Sequence record: DRR723986_7325
Length of the DNA: 35,704 nucleotides
Reading direction: 5' to 3' (one strand)
This document shows, one piece after another, positions 1-9,819 of this stretch. Under the pieces are notes generated by a model, which worked only from the letters and a program-made list of their open reading frames with translations, did not search any database and was not told the origin of the DNA. Numbering within the stretch: the stretch's first letter is position 1; each line of letters opens with the position of its first letter. The translations under genes were made by a program, and so were the position numbers.

Positions 1-1
1 C

Positions 2-844
2 CTGAACCTGCTCTTCAATCTCGCGGTGCCGATCGCATTGGCAACCATCGCGCAGATGATGATCATCATGGTCAACGACATCGACCTGTCGGTCGGGACG
101 TTCGTCAGCTTCGTCGCCTGTGTTACGGCAACCTTCCTGAACGATGCGCCGCTCGTCGGTGCGGCTATCCTGCTCGCATCGATCTTCGCCTATGCGGCCA
201 TCGGCGCGCTCATTCACATTCGCCAGCTTCCGGCAATCGTGGTCACGCTCGGCATGTCATTCGTCTGGGGAGGCCTGGCGGTTCTGCTGCTGCCATCGCC
301 GGGCGGTGCGGCACCGGCATGGATCCGAACGGTGATGACCGTCAAACCGCCACTGGTGCCGATGGCGGTGGTGGCCTGCATCCTCATCGCCGGTCTGACG
401 CATCTTTTGATCATGCGGTCCTCGACGGGCACGCTGTTGCGCGCAGTCGGCGGCAACGCCCAGGCGGTCGCCCGCTCCGGCTGGTCGGTCACGAAACTGA
501 AGGCAGGCGCCTATGCGCTTGCCGGCTTCTTCGGTGTCCTGGCCGGTATCTGCCTCGTCGGACTGACAACGTCGGCCGATGCCAATATTGCGCTGCGCTA
601 CACGTTGCTCTCCATCGCCGGAGTGATCCTGGGGGGAGGAGAGTTCACGGGCGGCCGGGTTTCGCCTGTTGGTGCGGTTCTCGGTGCGTTGACACTCGCG
701 CTCGCCGGAAGCTTCCTCTCGTTCATGCGCCTGTCGCCGGACTGGCAGATCGGCGCCCAGGGCGCGATCCTCATCCTTGTGCTGGCGGTGCGGCTGATCT
801 TTTCGCGCCGCAGCCGGAAATGGAAGGGAGCCGAAAATGGATAA
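2..844 (+). CDS. Sugar ABC transporter permease (RbsC/BPD_transp_2 family), 5' end outside the window
   Basis: Frame open from base 2 (LNLLFNLAVP...); hydrophobic helices, IDLSVG motif, 'AVGGNAQAVARSG' loop, 'SIAGVILGG' motif. Confidence 0.9.
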   Translation: MNLLFNLAVPIALATIAQMMIIMVNDIDLSVGTFVSFVACVTATFLNDAPLVGAAILLASIFAYAAIGALIHIRQLPAIVVTLGMSFVWGGLAVLLLPSPGGAAPAWIRTVMTVKPPLVPMAVVACILIAGLTHLLIMRSSTGTLLRAVGGNAQAVARSGWSVTKLKAGAYALAGFFGVLAGICLVGLTTSADANIALRYTLLSIAGVILGGGEFTGGRVSPVGAVLGALTLALAGSFLSFMRLSPDWQIGAQGAILILVLAVRLIFSRRSRKWKGAENG

Positions 845-1799
845 CTCCCGTCTTTCGACAGTTCTCGCCATCCCCAGAAGACCCTGGTTCTGGGCATTCG
901 CGGCCAGTGCCATCGCCTATTTCGCAACCCTTTCGCTGACGGAAGGGCGCGGCGGAGGGGAGCTTCTTTCCGCGGCGCTGACCTTTGCCTCCTTCTCGGC
1001 CATTGTCGGGCTTGGCCAGATGTTCGTCATTACGCTGGGGCCGGGCAATGTCGATCTGTCTATCCCTGCGACCATGACCCTGGCCGGCACGCTGTCGCTC
1101 AAGTTCATGGATGGCGCTGCAAATCTCATCTTGCCGGGGCTCGCCGTTGCGCTTGCAGTCGGTATCGGCGCGGGCACATTCAATTACCTTCTGATCCGGC
1201 TTTTGCGGATCCCGCCAATCATTGCGACCCTTTCAGCGTCGTTCCTTTATCAGTCGCTGGCGATCTGGTGGAATCGCGGCCTCAGAATCAAACCGCCCGA
1301 GGCGCTCGCGGATTTTTCGACCGGTGCCATCGCCGGCCTGCCAAACCTGACGATCATCGGCGTGTTGATTGCGCTGTTGAGCTGGGTGGTTCTGGAACGC
1401 TCGATCTTCGGACGCTGGGTGTCCGCATTCGGGCAGAACACGCGCGCGGCCCGACTAAGCGGGATCCCGGTGGAGACGGTCCGCGCGGTCACCTATATCG
1501 CGTCCGCCGTCCTGGCCGCGTTCACCGGATACCTTCTGGCGAGCTTTTCAGGAGGTGCCGCGCTGAACATGGGCACGGAATATCTCCTGATTTCCATCGC
1601 CGTCGTCGTGATCGGAGGCTGCTCCATTGCAGGCGGCAATTCGAATGTCCCGGGCATCTGGGGTGGGGCGCTGCTGATGTTCCTGGTCGTTTCGATGTTG
1701 AATTCCTACGGCTTCGGAGCAGGCGTGCGCCTGATCATGACCGGCGCCATCATCATTGGCATCGTCGCTGCCGCATCCGGAAAGGGCAGACCCACATGA
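837..1799 (+). CDS. Sugar ABC transporter permease
   Basis: VDLSIP, 'AFGQNTRAARLSG' and 'SIAVVVIGG' motifs; overlaps previous gene by 8 nt. Confidence 0.92.
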   Translation: MDNSRLSTVLAIPRRPWFWAFAASAIAYFATLSLTEGRGGGELLSAALTFASFSAIVGLGQMFVITLGPGNVDLSIPATMTLAGTLSLKFMDGAANLILPGLAVALAVGIGAGTFNYLLIRLLRIPPIIATLSASFLYQSLAIWWNRGLRIKPPEALADFSTGAIAGLPNLTIIGVLIALLSWVVLERSIFGRWVSAFGQNTRAARLSGIPVETVRAVTYIASAVLAAFTGYLLASFSGGAALNMGTEYLLISIAVVVIGGCSIAGGNSNVPGIWGGALLMFLVVSMLNSYGFGAGVRLIMTGAIIIGIVAAASGKGRPT

Positions 1800-2707
1800 A
1801 CAGTTTCTCTTCTCCCTATCAGATCGACGATCCCCGGTTCAGGAACCTGATCCAGAAGAACGCCAGGCTGCGCCAACTTGCGACCGGCTTTGAATGGACC
1901 GAAGGGCCCGTCTGGTTTGCCGATCACCAGCACCTGTTTTTTTCCGATATTCCCGCAAACCGGATGATGCGGCTGACACTCGATGGCCAGGTCAGCACCT
2001 TCCGCCAGCCTTCGGATTATTCCAACGGCAACACCCGGGATCGTCAGGGCAGGCTGGTGTCCTGTCAGCACGGAACCCGTTCCGTTACCCGGACCGAGTT
2101 GGACGGCACCCGCACCGTGATTGCAGACAGCTACCAGGGAAAACGTCTCAATTCACCGAATGACGTGATCGTCCAGTCGACCGGTGCGATCTGGTTCTCC
2201 GATCCGACCTACGGCATCCTGAGCGATTATGAAGGCTACACGGCAGAGCCGGAGCAGGTGGCCCGCAATGTCTTCCGCGTTGATCCGGCGACGGGCGAGG
2301 TCGAGGCAATGATCACCGACTTCACCCAGCCGAACGGTCTGGCCTTTTCAGCGGACGAGAGCGTTCTCTACGTAGCGGAATCCGGCTCCAGTCATGATGC
2401 CGGGGTTCCCTCCGTCATCCGCTCCTTCAAACTGGACGACACCGGCAGGATCTTGTCGGACGATGTTTTTGCCACGATTGACCGGGGCCTTCCCGATGGA
2501 ATGCGGGTTGATATCGCCGGCAATCTTTGGAGTTCGGCGTCCGACGGCATTCACTGTTTCCACCCCGACGGGACCCGGCTCGGGAAGATCCTGGTGCCGG
2601 AAGTCGTCTCCAACCTGTGTTTCGGTGGTGTGCGCGGCAACCGGTTGCTGATCACCGCAACCACGTCCGTTTATGAGATTGCGGTCAACGCAAGATCGGT
2701 GATCTGA
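1796..2707 (+). CDS. SMP-30/gluconolactonase family lactonase
   Basis: Start re-set to ATG 1796 (ATGA overlap with the upstream stop); motifs WTEGPVW, FSDIP, LNSPND, PNGLAFS, PDGMRVD, SNLCFGG. Confidence 0.93.
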   Translation: MNSFSSPYQIDDPRFRNLIQKNARLRQLATGFEWTEGPVWFADHQHLFFSDIPANRMMRLTLDGQVSTFRQPSDYSNGNTRDRQGRLVSCQHGTRSVTRTELDGTRTVIADSYQGKRLNSPNDVIVQSTGAIWFSDPTYGILSDYEGYTAEPEQVARNVFRVDPATGEVEAMITDFTQPNGLAFSADESVLYVAESGSSHDAGVPSVIRSFKLDDTGRILSDDVFATIDRGLPDGMRVDIAGNLWSSASDGIHCFHPDGTRLGKILVPEVVSNLCFGGVRGNRLLITATTSVYEIAVNARSVI

Positions 2708-2762
2708 GAAGATCGCCGCACAGAAGCCTTGAGAAATCTTCAACTGGCAGACCCGATCGTTA

Positions 2763-3800
2763 CTACAAGGTCACGATGGCCTTGATCAAGGCTTCCCTGT
2801 CTGTCGCCAACTCCTTGATCTTCGCCGGAAGGTCCTCGAGGCGCACGGTCAGCGTGCACAGCGCGTCCGTGTCTATCCGGTCTGAGCGAATTGCCGACAT
2901 GACGGTCTCGAAGTCTTCTCTAGTGGCGTTTCTGCTGCCGATGATCTGGGTTTCGCGCTTGTGAAACTCCGGGTCGCTGAAGCTGATGGTTTCCTTCACG
3001 ACGCTCACCAGCACATAGCGGCTGCCATGCGCAAGAAGAGGAAAGCCCGCTTCGATGGCGGCCGCATTGCCTGTTGCATCGAAAATCACGTCGAAGCCGT
3101 CTTGCAGCGGACCTGACAGAATGTCGGTTCCGACGAGATGCGTGTTCTTGAAGCCAAATTTTTCCGTCGCCTGGGCCAGCCGTGTTTGGCTCATGTCCAG
3201 AAGATGGACTTCGGCTCCCGAAAGCCGGGCAAAGAGAGCTGTGCCGATGCCGATGGGACCGGCCCCGGTGACCAGAACCCTGTCATCGGCAGATAGCGCC
3301 GCCCGGCGAACGGCATGGGCCCCGATTGCAAGAAACTCCACCATCGCCGCCTGAAGTTCCGTCAAGCCGGTCGCCGGATAGAGATTTTGCTGGGGGACGG
3401 CGATGCGGGAACACATTCCACCATCCCGGTGAACACCGAGAACCTCGATGCTGCTGCAGCAGTTCGGTTTGCCCTTCATGCAGGCCCGGCAGGCGTTGCA
3501 CGAAAGATACGGGTTGACCACCACCAGTTCCCCGGCAGTCCACGGGCCGACACTTTCCGCGACCCTGCCGCTAAGCTCATGACCGATGACACGCGGGTAG
3601 TTCAGGAAAGGGTGCTTGCCTTCCAGAATATGGTAGTCGGTGCCGCAAATGCCGACGGCCTCGATGTCCACAAGCACCCAGCCGTCCGGCGCGTCTTCGG
3701 GCAGAGCCCGCGTTTCGAGCCTGAAAACACCCGGTTCGATGACGGTACCGCATTCCATTGATCGGGCCACTGCCGGTGATTTGGTTTTTTCAATATTCAT
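2763..3800 (-). CDS. lgoD: Zinc-dependent MDR dehydrogenase, L-galactonate 5-dehydrogenase-like (LgoD/YjjN)
   Basis: GICGTD, GHE, structural Zn CxxCxxC-x7-C, GAGPIG; C-terminal FSDPEFHKRETQIIGSRNAT matches the YjjN/LgoD subfamily as recalled; lgoR-like gene nearby. Confidence 0.82.
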   Translation of the reverse strand: MNIEKTKSPAVARSMECGTVIEPGVFRLETRALPEDAPDGWVLVDIEAVGICGTDYHILEGKHPFLNYPRVIGHELSGRVAESVGPWTAGELVVVNPYLSCNACRACMKGKPNCCSSIEVLGVHRDGGMCSRIAVPQQNLYPATGLTELQAAMVEFLAIGAHAVRRAALSADDRVLVTGAGPIGIGTALFARLSGAEVHLLDMSQTRLAQATEKFGFKNTHLVGTDILSGPLQDGFDVIFDATGNAAAIEAGFPLLAHGSRYVLVSVVKETISFSDPEFHKRETQIIGSRNATREDFETVMSAIRSDRIDTDALCTLTVRLEDLPAKIKELATDREALIKAIVTL

Positions 3801-4588
3801 TGAACGGCTTTCCGGCTCCTGGGAGCCCAGTCGTGAGGAAGGTCGCCCTTGATGATAAGGCTGAGAACATCATCCTTGGTTACGTCTTCAATCCGGTGCG
3901 AGCCGACTTTACGGCCCTTGTTCATCACTATGACACGATCGCAGAGTTCGAACACGTCATGCATGTCGTGGCTCACCAGGAGGATGCCTATTCCTTCTTC
4001 GCGCAATTGTCTGATCAAGGCACCGACCATGGCCGTTTCCGAAGGGCCGAGAGCGGCTGTCGGCTCGTCCATGATCAGGATCTTGACGTCAAAATAGATC
4101 GCTCTGGCAATGGCAACAACCTGACGCTGACCGCCCGAGAGGCTCGACACCGGATCGTTCAGGTTCTTGAAGTTCGGGTTGAGCCTTTTCAGAACGCGGA
4201 CCGCCTCGGCCATCATCCGGCTGTCGTCCAGATTTCCGAACCTTGTTTTCAGTTCCCGGCCGAGAAACAGGTTGGCGGGAGCGTTCAGATGATCAGCAAG
4301 GGCAAGCGTCTGGTAGATGGTTTCGATGCCCAGATCGCGGGCGTCGTGGGGCGATTGAATGTCGGCGATTTCGCCATTGACGCGGATTGTCCCCTCATTA
4401 GGGATCATGGCCCCGGACAGGATGCGCATCAGACACGATTTGCCGGCGCCGTTGTGGCCGAGAACGCCAACGACTTCACCTGGATAAAGCTCCAGAGAAA
4501 CACCATTCACCGCCCTGATGCCGCCAAAGTGCTTTTCGATTGCCTCCATCTGCACCAGCGGTGCCGCGGATTGTGCATCTGGTTTCAT
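3797..4588 (-). CDS. Sugar ABC transporter ATP-binding protein (single domain)
   Basis: Walker A GHNGAGKS, signature LSGGQRQ, Walker B ILIMDEPT, SH switch; ATGA overlap with lgoD. Confidence 0.95.
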   Translation of the reverse strand: MKPDAQSAAPLVQMEAIEKHFGGIRAVNGVSLELYPGEVVGVLGHNGAGKSCLMRILSGAMIPNEGTIRVNGEIADIQSPHDARDLGIETIYQTLALADHLNAPANLFLGRELKTRFGNLDDSRMMAEAVRVLKRLNPNFKNLNDPVSSLSGGQRQVVAIARAIYFDVKILIMDEPTAALGPSETAMVGALIRQLREEGIGILLVSHDMHDVFELCDRVIVMNKGRKVGSHRIEDVTKDDVLSLIIKGDLPHDWAPRSRKAVQ

Positions 4589-4618
4589 ATTCCGTGTCCC
4601 GATCGACGATTGAATAGA

Positions 4619-4648
4619 CCGGAAGCCTTTGAGCAGAAAGGCTTCCGG
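4619..4648 (-). terminator. Intercistronic stem-loop after the substrate-binding protein gene (mRNA stabiliser or weak terminator)
   Basis: Perfect 12-bp stem CCGGAAGCCTTT-gagcag-AAAGGCTTCCGG; only a weak U-tract. Confidence 0.6.
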
Positions 4649-4663
4649 CCGCGTTGTGGTGCG

Positions 4664-5605
4664 TTAGTAAAGGACGTTCTGAACGCTCGGATGATCGATG
4701 TTGTCCTTGGTCGCCAGGACAACGCCGGTGTCGATGAAGTTCGGCACCTGTTCACCGTTCAAGAGCTTCAGAATGGTCTGAACGCCGATCTCGCCCATCT
4801 GGAACGAGCCTTGAACGGCAGTCGCGGCCAAAGTTCCATCGCGGACGAAATCCTGAAGGTCTGTGTTGCCGTCAAAGCCGATCGCCGTGACCTTGCCCGC
4901 CTTTCCGGCTTGTGCCAGTGCCCGGCCCATGCCGATGGCCGTCGGTTCATTGGCGCCAAAAATACCGACAAGATCCGGATTTGCCGCCAGAACGTCGGTG
5001 GTCTGGTTCAAGGCGGTGGCCATCTGCGACTGGGAGTAATAGGGGCCGACGATCTCGATCTTGGACTGATCCTCGATCCGCTTGACGAAGCAGCCGACGC
5101 GGCCAAGTTCGGAGCCAACACCCGCGACATAGGACATCACGGCAACTTTGCCCTCTGTCCCGACTTCCGAAATCATCTTGTCGGCAACCAGTTGACCGGC
5201 AGCGCAGTTATCGGTCGACAGGAATGACTGGTAAAATTCCTTGCCATTGTCGGCGAGGCCGGAGTCGATGATGACGACGGGAATTTCGGATTCATACGCT
5301 TTCTTCACCGCCGGGATCAGGGCTTCCGGATCGGATGGTGCCAGGACAATTCCAGATACGCCGCGGTTGATGGCGTTCTCGACAAGGCTGACTTGATCGG
5401 CAACGGCCGATTCCGACGCCGGACCGTTGAAGGTCATCGTGTGGTCCGACTGGCCTTCGATGGCTGCGCTGGCGCCCTTGTTCACGTTCTGCCAGAAGTT
5501 GGAATTCGTCGTCTTGACGATGACTGCAATTTCTTCGGCCTGCGCGGCTGCTGCGGAAAGCGCAAGGGCACTTGCCATCATCGCTGTTGTCAAAAGCTTC
5601 TTCAT
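4664..5605 (-). CDS. Sugar ABC transporter periplasmic substrate-binding protein (RbsB-like)
   Basis: Signal peptide MKKLLTTAM...AQA; NSNFWQ, STDN, GFD, VQ motifs; GGAGGAG SD upstream. Confidence 0.95.
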   Translation of the reverse strand: MKKLLTTAMMASALALSAAAAQAEEIAVIVKTTNSNFWQNVNKGASAAIEGQSDHTMTFNGPASESAVADQVSLVENAINRGVSGIVLAPSDPEALIPAVKKAYESEIPVVIIDSGLADNGKEFYQSFLSTDNCAAGQLVADKMISEVGTEGKVAVMSYVAGVGSELGRVGCFVKRIEDQSKIEIVGPYYSQSQMATALNQTTDVLAANPDLVGIFGANEPTAIGMGRALAQAGKAGKVTAIGFDGNTDLQDFVRDGTLAATAVQGSFQMGEIGVQTILKLLNGEQVPNFIDTGVVLATKDNIDHPSVQNVLY

Positions 5606-5651
5606 TTCATTCTCCTCCGTCTGAAGTTGCTCTGGAAATCGTCCGGCTTTC

Positions 5652-6674
5652 TCAGCGCCGGTTTCTGATCTGATCGACGTAGACCGCCAGAATGACGATG
5701 ACCCCGATCACGATTTGCTGGATGAATGCGGACACGCCGGCCATGTTGAGGCCGTTCCGCAAAACGCCGATGATGGCGGCGCCGATCATCGTTCCGGAAA
5801 TATTGCCGACGCCGCCCATGAGCGAAGCCCCGCCGATGACGGCCGCGGCGATCGCGTCGAGTTCGTACATAACGCCTTCGTTCGGCTGAACCGTCACGAG
5901 ACGGGACATCAGGACGTTGCCCGCGAGCCCTGCAAGAGCTCCCGAAAGGACGTAGGCAAAGATCTTGGTGCGATCGACCAGGACACCGGAGAGACGCGCG
6001 GCTTCCTCGTTCGAGCCTGTGGCATAGATATGCCGGCCGATCTGGCGACGCCTGAGAAGGTAGGCTGCGGCAAGCGCGACAACCGCGAGCAGAATGACCG
6101 GATAGGGAATTCCGGGGAAGACGACTTTCGGGAAGATGCCGCCGGTTTTCTCCACGATGCGGAATAAGGAGCCATTGCCCAGAAGACCGAAACTTTCGCC
6201 CAGGCGCGAAATCGGTGCTGCGCCCGTCAGCTGGAGGGCAACGCCGCGGGCGATCAGCATCATGCCGAGCGTTGCCACGAACGGGGTGATCCGCATTTTG
6301 GTAATGACGAAGCCGTTGACGAAACCGCAAGCGGCGCCGGCCATCACGCCGATCGCCATGGCGGGGCCGACCGGCACGCCTGCCTTGATACTCAATCCGG
6401 TGATGGTTCCCGAAAGGGCAAGTACGGAGCCGACGCTCAGGTCGATGCCGCCGGTAATGATCACCATCGTCATCCCGATGCCCAGCAAGCCGATGACGGA
6501 CGTCTGCAGCAGCACCGTCAGGCCGTTGTTGATGGAGAAAAAGGCCGCGTTTCCGAAGGAGAACGCGAAGATCAGCAGGGCAAGGGTCAGGAGCGCCGAT
6601 AACTTGTGAAAGGAACCGGCAGACAGTTTGAAGGTCCAGGAAGCAGGCTCTGCGCCTCGATCAAGATCCGCCAT
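5652..6674 (-). CDS. Sugar ABC transporter permease
   Basis: GGIDLSVGS, GSNEEAARLSG, YELDAIAAAVIGG; GGGAGG SD upstream. Confidence 0.95.
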   Translation of the reverse strand: MADLDRGAEPASWTFKLSAGSFHKLSALLTLALLIFAFSFGNAAFFSINNGLTVLLQTSVIGLLGIGMTMVIITGGIDLSVGSVLALSGTITGLSIKAGVPVGPAMAIGVMAGAACGFVNGFVITKMRITPFVATLGMMLIARGVALQLTGAAPISRLGESFGLLGNGSLFRIVEKTGGIFPKVVFPGIPYPVILLAVVALAAAYLLRRRQIGRHIYATGSNEEAARLSGVLVDRTKIFAYVLSGALAGLAGNVLMSRLVTVQPNEGVMYELDAIAAAVIGGASLMGGVGNISGTMIGAAIIGVLRNGLNMAGVSAFIQQIVIGVIVILAVYVDQIRNRR

Positions 6675-6812
6675 AAATCCTCCCGGGCCGGATATTGAAT
6701 AAAATTATTAAAAACAATATGAGGTCAGGTAATGTGGCGCGTCAACAGTTTTTTATTTTTTAATACAAACAATCGGAATTGTTCAGCGTTTTGGATATGT
6801 TAGGTTGCTGCC

Positions 6813-7715
6813 ATGGCAAGAACGGACGAACGATTCAGGCGCGCATACAACAGGTTGCTGGACATCTGCAGCGCCATGGCGATTGGCGACGAGTTGCCCG
6901 CCGAGACCGCGCTTGCGGACAAGATGGAAGTCAGCAGAACCATCGTTCGCACCGCATTGCAAAAGCTGGACAGCGACAATCTCATTCGCTTGGAAGGTCG
7001 TACCAAGACGCTGATCCGGAAACCGCAGGCGGAGCACCGCCTGGTTCCTGCCGAAAGCTCCCTGTCCACGGAGGAACTGGAGCACAGGTTCTTTGAATGG
7101 ATCCTGCGTTTCGACGTTCCGGCGGGGACGTCGCTCAATGTGGCGCAACTGTCGCGGCAATTCGGTGTTCCCGTCCACAACCTTCAGGAATTTCTGGCCG
7201 GACTGAGCCGTCTCGGTCTTGTGGAGCGCCGTCCAAGAGGAGGCTGGTCGCTCCTTGGGTTCACGTCGGAATTTGCGGTTGAACTGTCAGAGTTTCGAAT
7301 GGTGCTCGAGCTGAATGCTGTGCGGCAGCTGCTGACCCTTCCGCCCGAGCACGAGATCTGGAAAAAGCTCAAGGCCTTGAAGCGCGAACATGAGGACTTG
7401 AAATCGGTCCTTGAGGAGCGGTATCACGACTTTTCCCTGCTGGACGAAAAGTTTCATTCGGCAGTCAACAGCGTGGTCAAAAACCGGTTTGTTCTCGAGG
7501 CACAGAAGCTCATCAAGCTGATCTTCAACTACCACTACATGTGGGACAAACGCGACGAGCTGGAACGCAATGCGGCCGCGATCGAGGAGCATCTCGAATG
7601 GATCGACGCGATGCTCGACAAGGACGGCGCAAGGTCGGAAGCCGCAGCGCTAAAGCATCTGCGGAGATCGAAGGAAACGCTTCTGCAGTCGCTGCGGGTT
7701 CACAAGTTCGCCTGA
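6813..7715 (+). CDS. lgoR: GntR-family regulator with two HTH domains plus FCD (LgoR/YjjM-like)
   Basis: 300 aa; first HTH 'LPAETALADKMEVSRTIVR', second HTH, FCD 'LDEKFH', 'IFNYHYMWD...RNAAAIEEH' as in YjjM/LgoR; divergent from the ABC-lgoD operon. Confidence 0.82.
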   Translation: MARTDERFRRAYNRLLDICSAMAIGDELPAETALADKMEVSRTIVRTALQKLDSDNLIRLEGRTKTLIRKPQAEHRLVPAESSLSTEELEHRFFEWILRFDVPAGTSLNVAQLSRQFGVPVHNLQEFLAGLSRLGLVERRPRGGWSLLGFTSEFAVELSEFRMVLELNAVRQLLTLPPEHEIWKKLKALKREHEDLKSVLEERYHDFSLLDEKFHSAVNSVVKNRFVLEAQKLIKLIFNYHYMWDKRDELERNAAAIEEHLEWIDAMLDKDGARSEAAALKHLRRSKETLLQSLRVHKFA

Positions 7716-8701
7716 AGGCCCTCTTGCGCAGGGGTGCCAAACACTCTTGAAAAGCTGGCAGGCGGTGCTTCGGCGAGGCAGTCGAGATTGCGCTTCAGGG
7801 ATGAGGCCTTCGATGTGCCGAGCAGAACAGAGGCGACACCGGGATAGCTGTGGGCGAAGTGAAGGGCCGCGCTGGCAAGCGGAAGTCCCAGTGTTTCTGC
7901 CTGTTCCTTGAGCGCGGTCACCTTTGCCAGGATTTCCGCTGGCGCGGGTGCGTAATCGAACCAGGCGCCCTCAACCGGTCCCGTTGCCAGAATTCCGGAA
8001 TTGAAGATCCCGCCGAGAACCAGGCTTGTGCCTTTTTCCCGGCACCGCCCGACGAGTTGGTCTTCGGCTTCCCGGTCGAGCAGGGTCAGGCGTCCTGCAA
8101 GCAGGATGGCGTCCAGGTCGGTCTCATTCAGAAGGTCGAGACAAACCCGGGTTTCATTCACGCCGAGGCCGAAGGCGCGGATTTTTCCCTTGTCTTTCAA
8201 CCTTTGCAACCGGTCGAGCCCGGTCGCCAGCAAGTCCCGCATATGTGTTTCGTTTGAAGCACCATGGGAGTAGGTGCCGATGTCGTGGATGTAGACGATA
8301 TCGACATGGCGCGTCTGCAGCCGCTCGAAACTGCCTTCCAGTGACGCTTCAATGCCGTCACCGGAATAGTCGTAGCGAACAGCGTTCGGAAGTGGGTTGA
8401 AAAAACCGTCGGCCTCCTTCAGGGGAGTTCCAGGCGACAGAACGCGCCCAACCTTGGTGGACAGGACGTAGTCTTCACGCCGCCTGGACTTCAGGAACCG
8501 GCCTAGCCGCTCTTCCGACCGGCCACGGCCATAATGAGGTGCGGTGTCGAAGTACCGGATCCCTGCGTCCCAGGCAGACTGGAGAACTTCGTTTGCCTCT
8601 GGATCCGGCACTACCCGACCCATGTTTCCGATGGCGGAGGCTCCGAAGGAGATATCCGTTACCTGAACACCTGTGTTGCCGATCTGTCTGCGTGCCCTCA
8701 T
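7700..8701 (-). CDS. Aldo/keto reductase, D-threo-aldose 1-dehydrogenase (L-fucose/L-galactose dehydrogenase)-like
   Basis: Catalytic tetrad context FDTAPHYG, STKVGR, YIHD; YDYSGDG and GGIFNSGIL motifs; 16-nt convergent overlap with lgoR. Confidence 0.88.
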   Translation of the reverse strand: MRARRQIGNTGVQVTDISFGASAIGNMGRVVPDPEANEVLQSAWDAGIRYFDTAPHYGRGRSEERLGRFLKSRRREDYVLSTKVGRVLSPGTPLKEADGFFNPLPNAVRYDYSGDGIEASLEGSFERLQTRHVDIVYIHDIGTYSHGASNETHMRDLLATGLDRLQRLKDKGKIRAFGLGVNETRVCLDLLNETDLDAILLAGRLTLLDREAEDQLVGRCREKGTSLVLGGIFNSGILATGPVEGAWFDYAPAPAEILAKVTALKEQAETLGLPLASAALHFAHSYPGVASVLLGTSKASSLKRNLDCLAEAPPASFSRVFGTPAQEGLQANL

Positions 8702-9819
8702 GCGCTTGCTGCCTCGGCACCAGCCGCCACTGCATCCAGCCGGGGCATCTGAAGTGACGCGTCGGCTTTCCGTGCCCAGGACAGGAAAGATGAAATACGT
8801 CGGTCTATCTTTTCCCCGTGGTTCTGTGCGATGTCGGCAAGCTTGTGGTCCAGAAACGGGTTCTTGAACCTGTCGATTGTCGTGGCGGCATAGGCTTCCG
8901 CTTCGTTCTTGCGGCCATGAGCCTCGAAGGCAGGGATGACTTCGCGTCGATAGAGATCTGTAAGGTCGGGGCCATAGTCGGGACTGTCAATCAGTTCCCG
9001 GACAAACTGCAGGGACGAACCGCCTGCAGCCAGCCATCGTGACACCAGGTAGGTGTGTCCAAGGTTCAGGATGAAAAGCTTCAGGGTCTCGACCTGTTCC
9101 AGATCCTCGACCACCTGCACGCATGGGTGCACGCAGGGCAGAATGAGGCCGGGTTGTTTCTCTATTGCCCAAAGCGCATAGGGTTCGGCGACAGCTCCGG
9201 CGGGATCCAGCGGCTCGGAGACGATCCTGTCGACCAGGGAATTCACCCAGGTCACGTTTGAGCGGAGCCAGTCTGCAAATTCAGGCGGGTAAAGAGCTGA
9301 AATGGAAAGGACGAGACCCTTCAGAACATTGCCGTTTTCGGGAATGAGTTCGGCCGGCATGACCTGCACCGGAGCGCCGCCCATGCCGAACCTTTGGAAC
9401 AGGAACCACGTCAGCTTGGCCGGATAGGACATGTCGATGGAAAAGTCGGTGCTCTTGTCTGCCTCACTTGGCCGATAGCCCGCATCAGCGGTGTTGGAGA
9501 GGATAATCCTTGCCTCGCCGGCAACGGCTTTCGCGACCTCGGCCAGGTCTTCCGGCAAGGACAAGGCACGTTTGATGCTGCTGACGGTCTTGCTTGTGTC
9601 CACCAGGGTGCCGTTGTCGATGCCCTTGATCCGGACTTCGTAGCCGGAAGGGTCTGCAAGCGCCTTCAGGCGATGTGCCCGGGACGCGTCGCCACTGGTT
9701 TGAACCACCGTGATCGGTCCGACGTCCTGCCCTTCGGCAATGGCTTCGGAAATGAATAGATCCGCATGCGCTTGCAGGAAGCGGCTGGTCCCGAATTGAA
9801 CGATCGCTGACGTCGACAT
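8698..9819 (-). CDS. uxaB: Mannitol dehydrogenase family, tagaturonate reductase (UxaB)-like
   Basis: QFGTSRF, SNTADAG, SYPAKLT, PAELIPENG, LVDRIV, KLFILNLGHT, RFKNPFLDHKLADIAQN; ATGA overlap with the AKR gene. Confidence 0.78.
   Translation of the reverse strand: MSTSAIVQFGTSRFLQAHADLFISEAIAEGQDVGPITVVQTSGDASRAHRLKALADPSGYEVRIKGIDNGTLVDTSKTVSSIKRALSLPEDLAEVAKAVAGEARIILSNTADAGYRPSEADKSTDFSIDMSYPAKLTWFLFQRFGMGGAPVQVMPAELIPENGNVLKGLVLSISALYPPEFADWLRSNVTWVNSLVDRIVSEPLDPAGAVAEPYALWAIEKQPGLILPCVHPCVQVVEDLEQVETLKLFILNLGHTYLVSRWLAAGGSSLQFVRELIDSPDYGPDLTDLYRREVIPAFEAHGRKNEAEAYAATTIDRFKNPFLDHKLADIAQNHGEKIDRRISSFLSWARKADASLQMPRLDAVAAGAEAASA

Noticed and set aside
1268-1795. N-terminal extensions in the ORF track (also at 12018, 13127, 15470, 16717, 24824 and 31688)
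   Set aside because: They overlap upstream genes or leaders; downstream ATGs with SD or stop-start overlaps match where family similarity begins.
3758-5227. 489-aa plus-strand ORF
   Set aside because: Antisense to the ABC ATPase and binding-protein genes; no family motifs.
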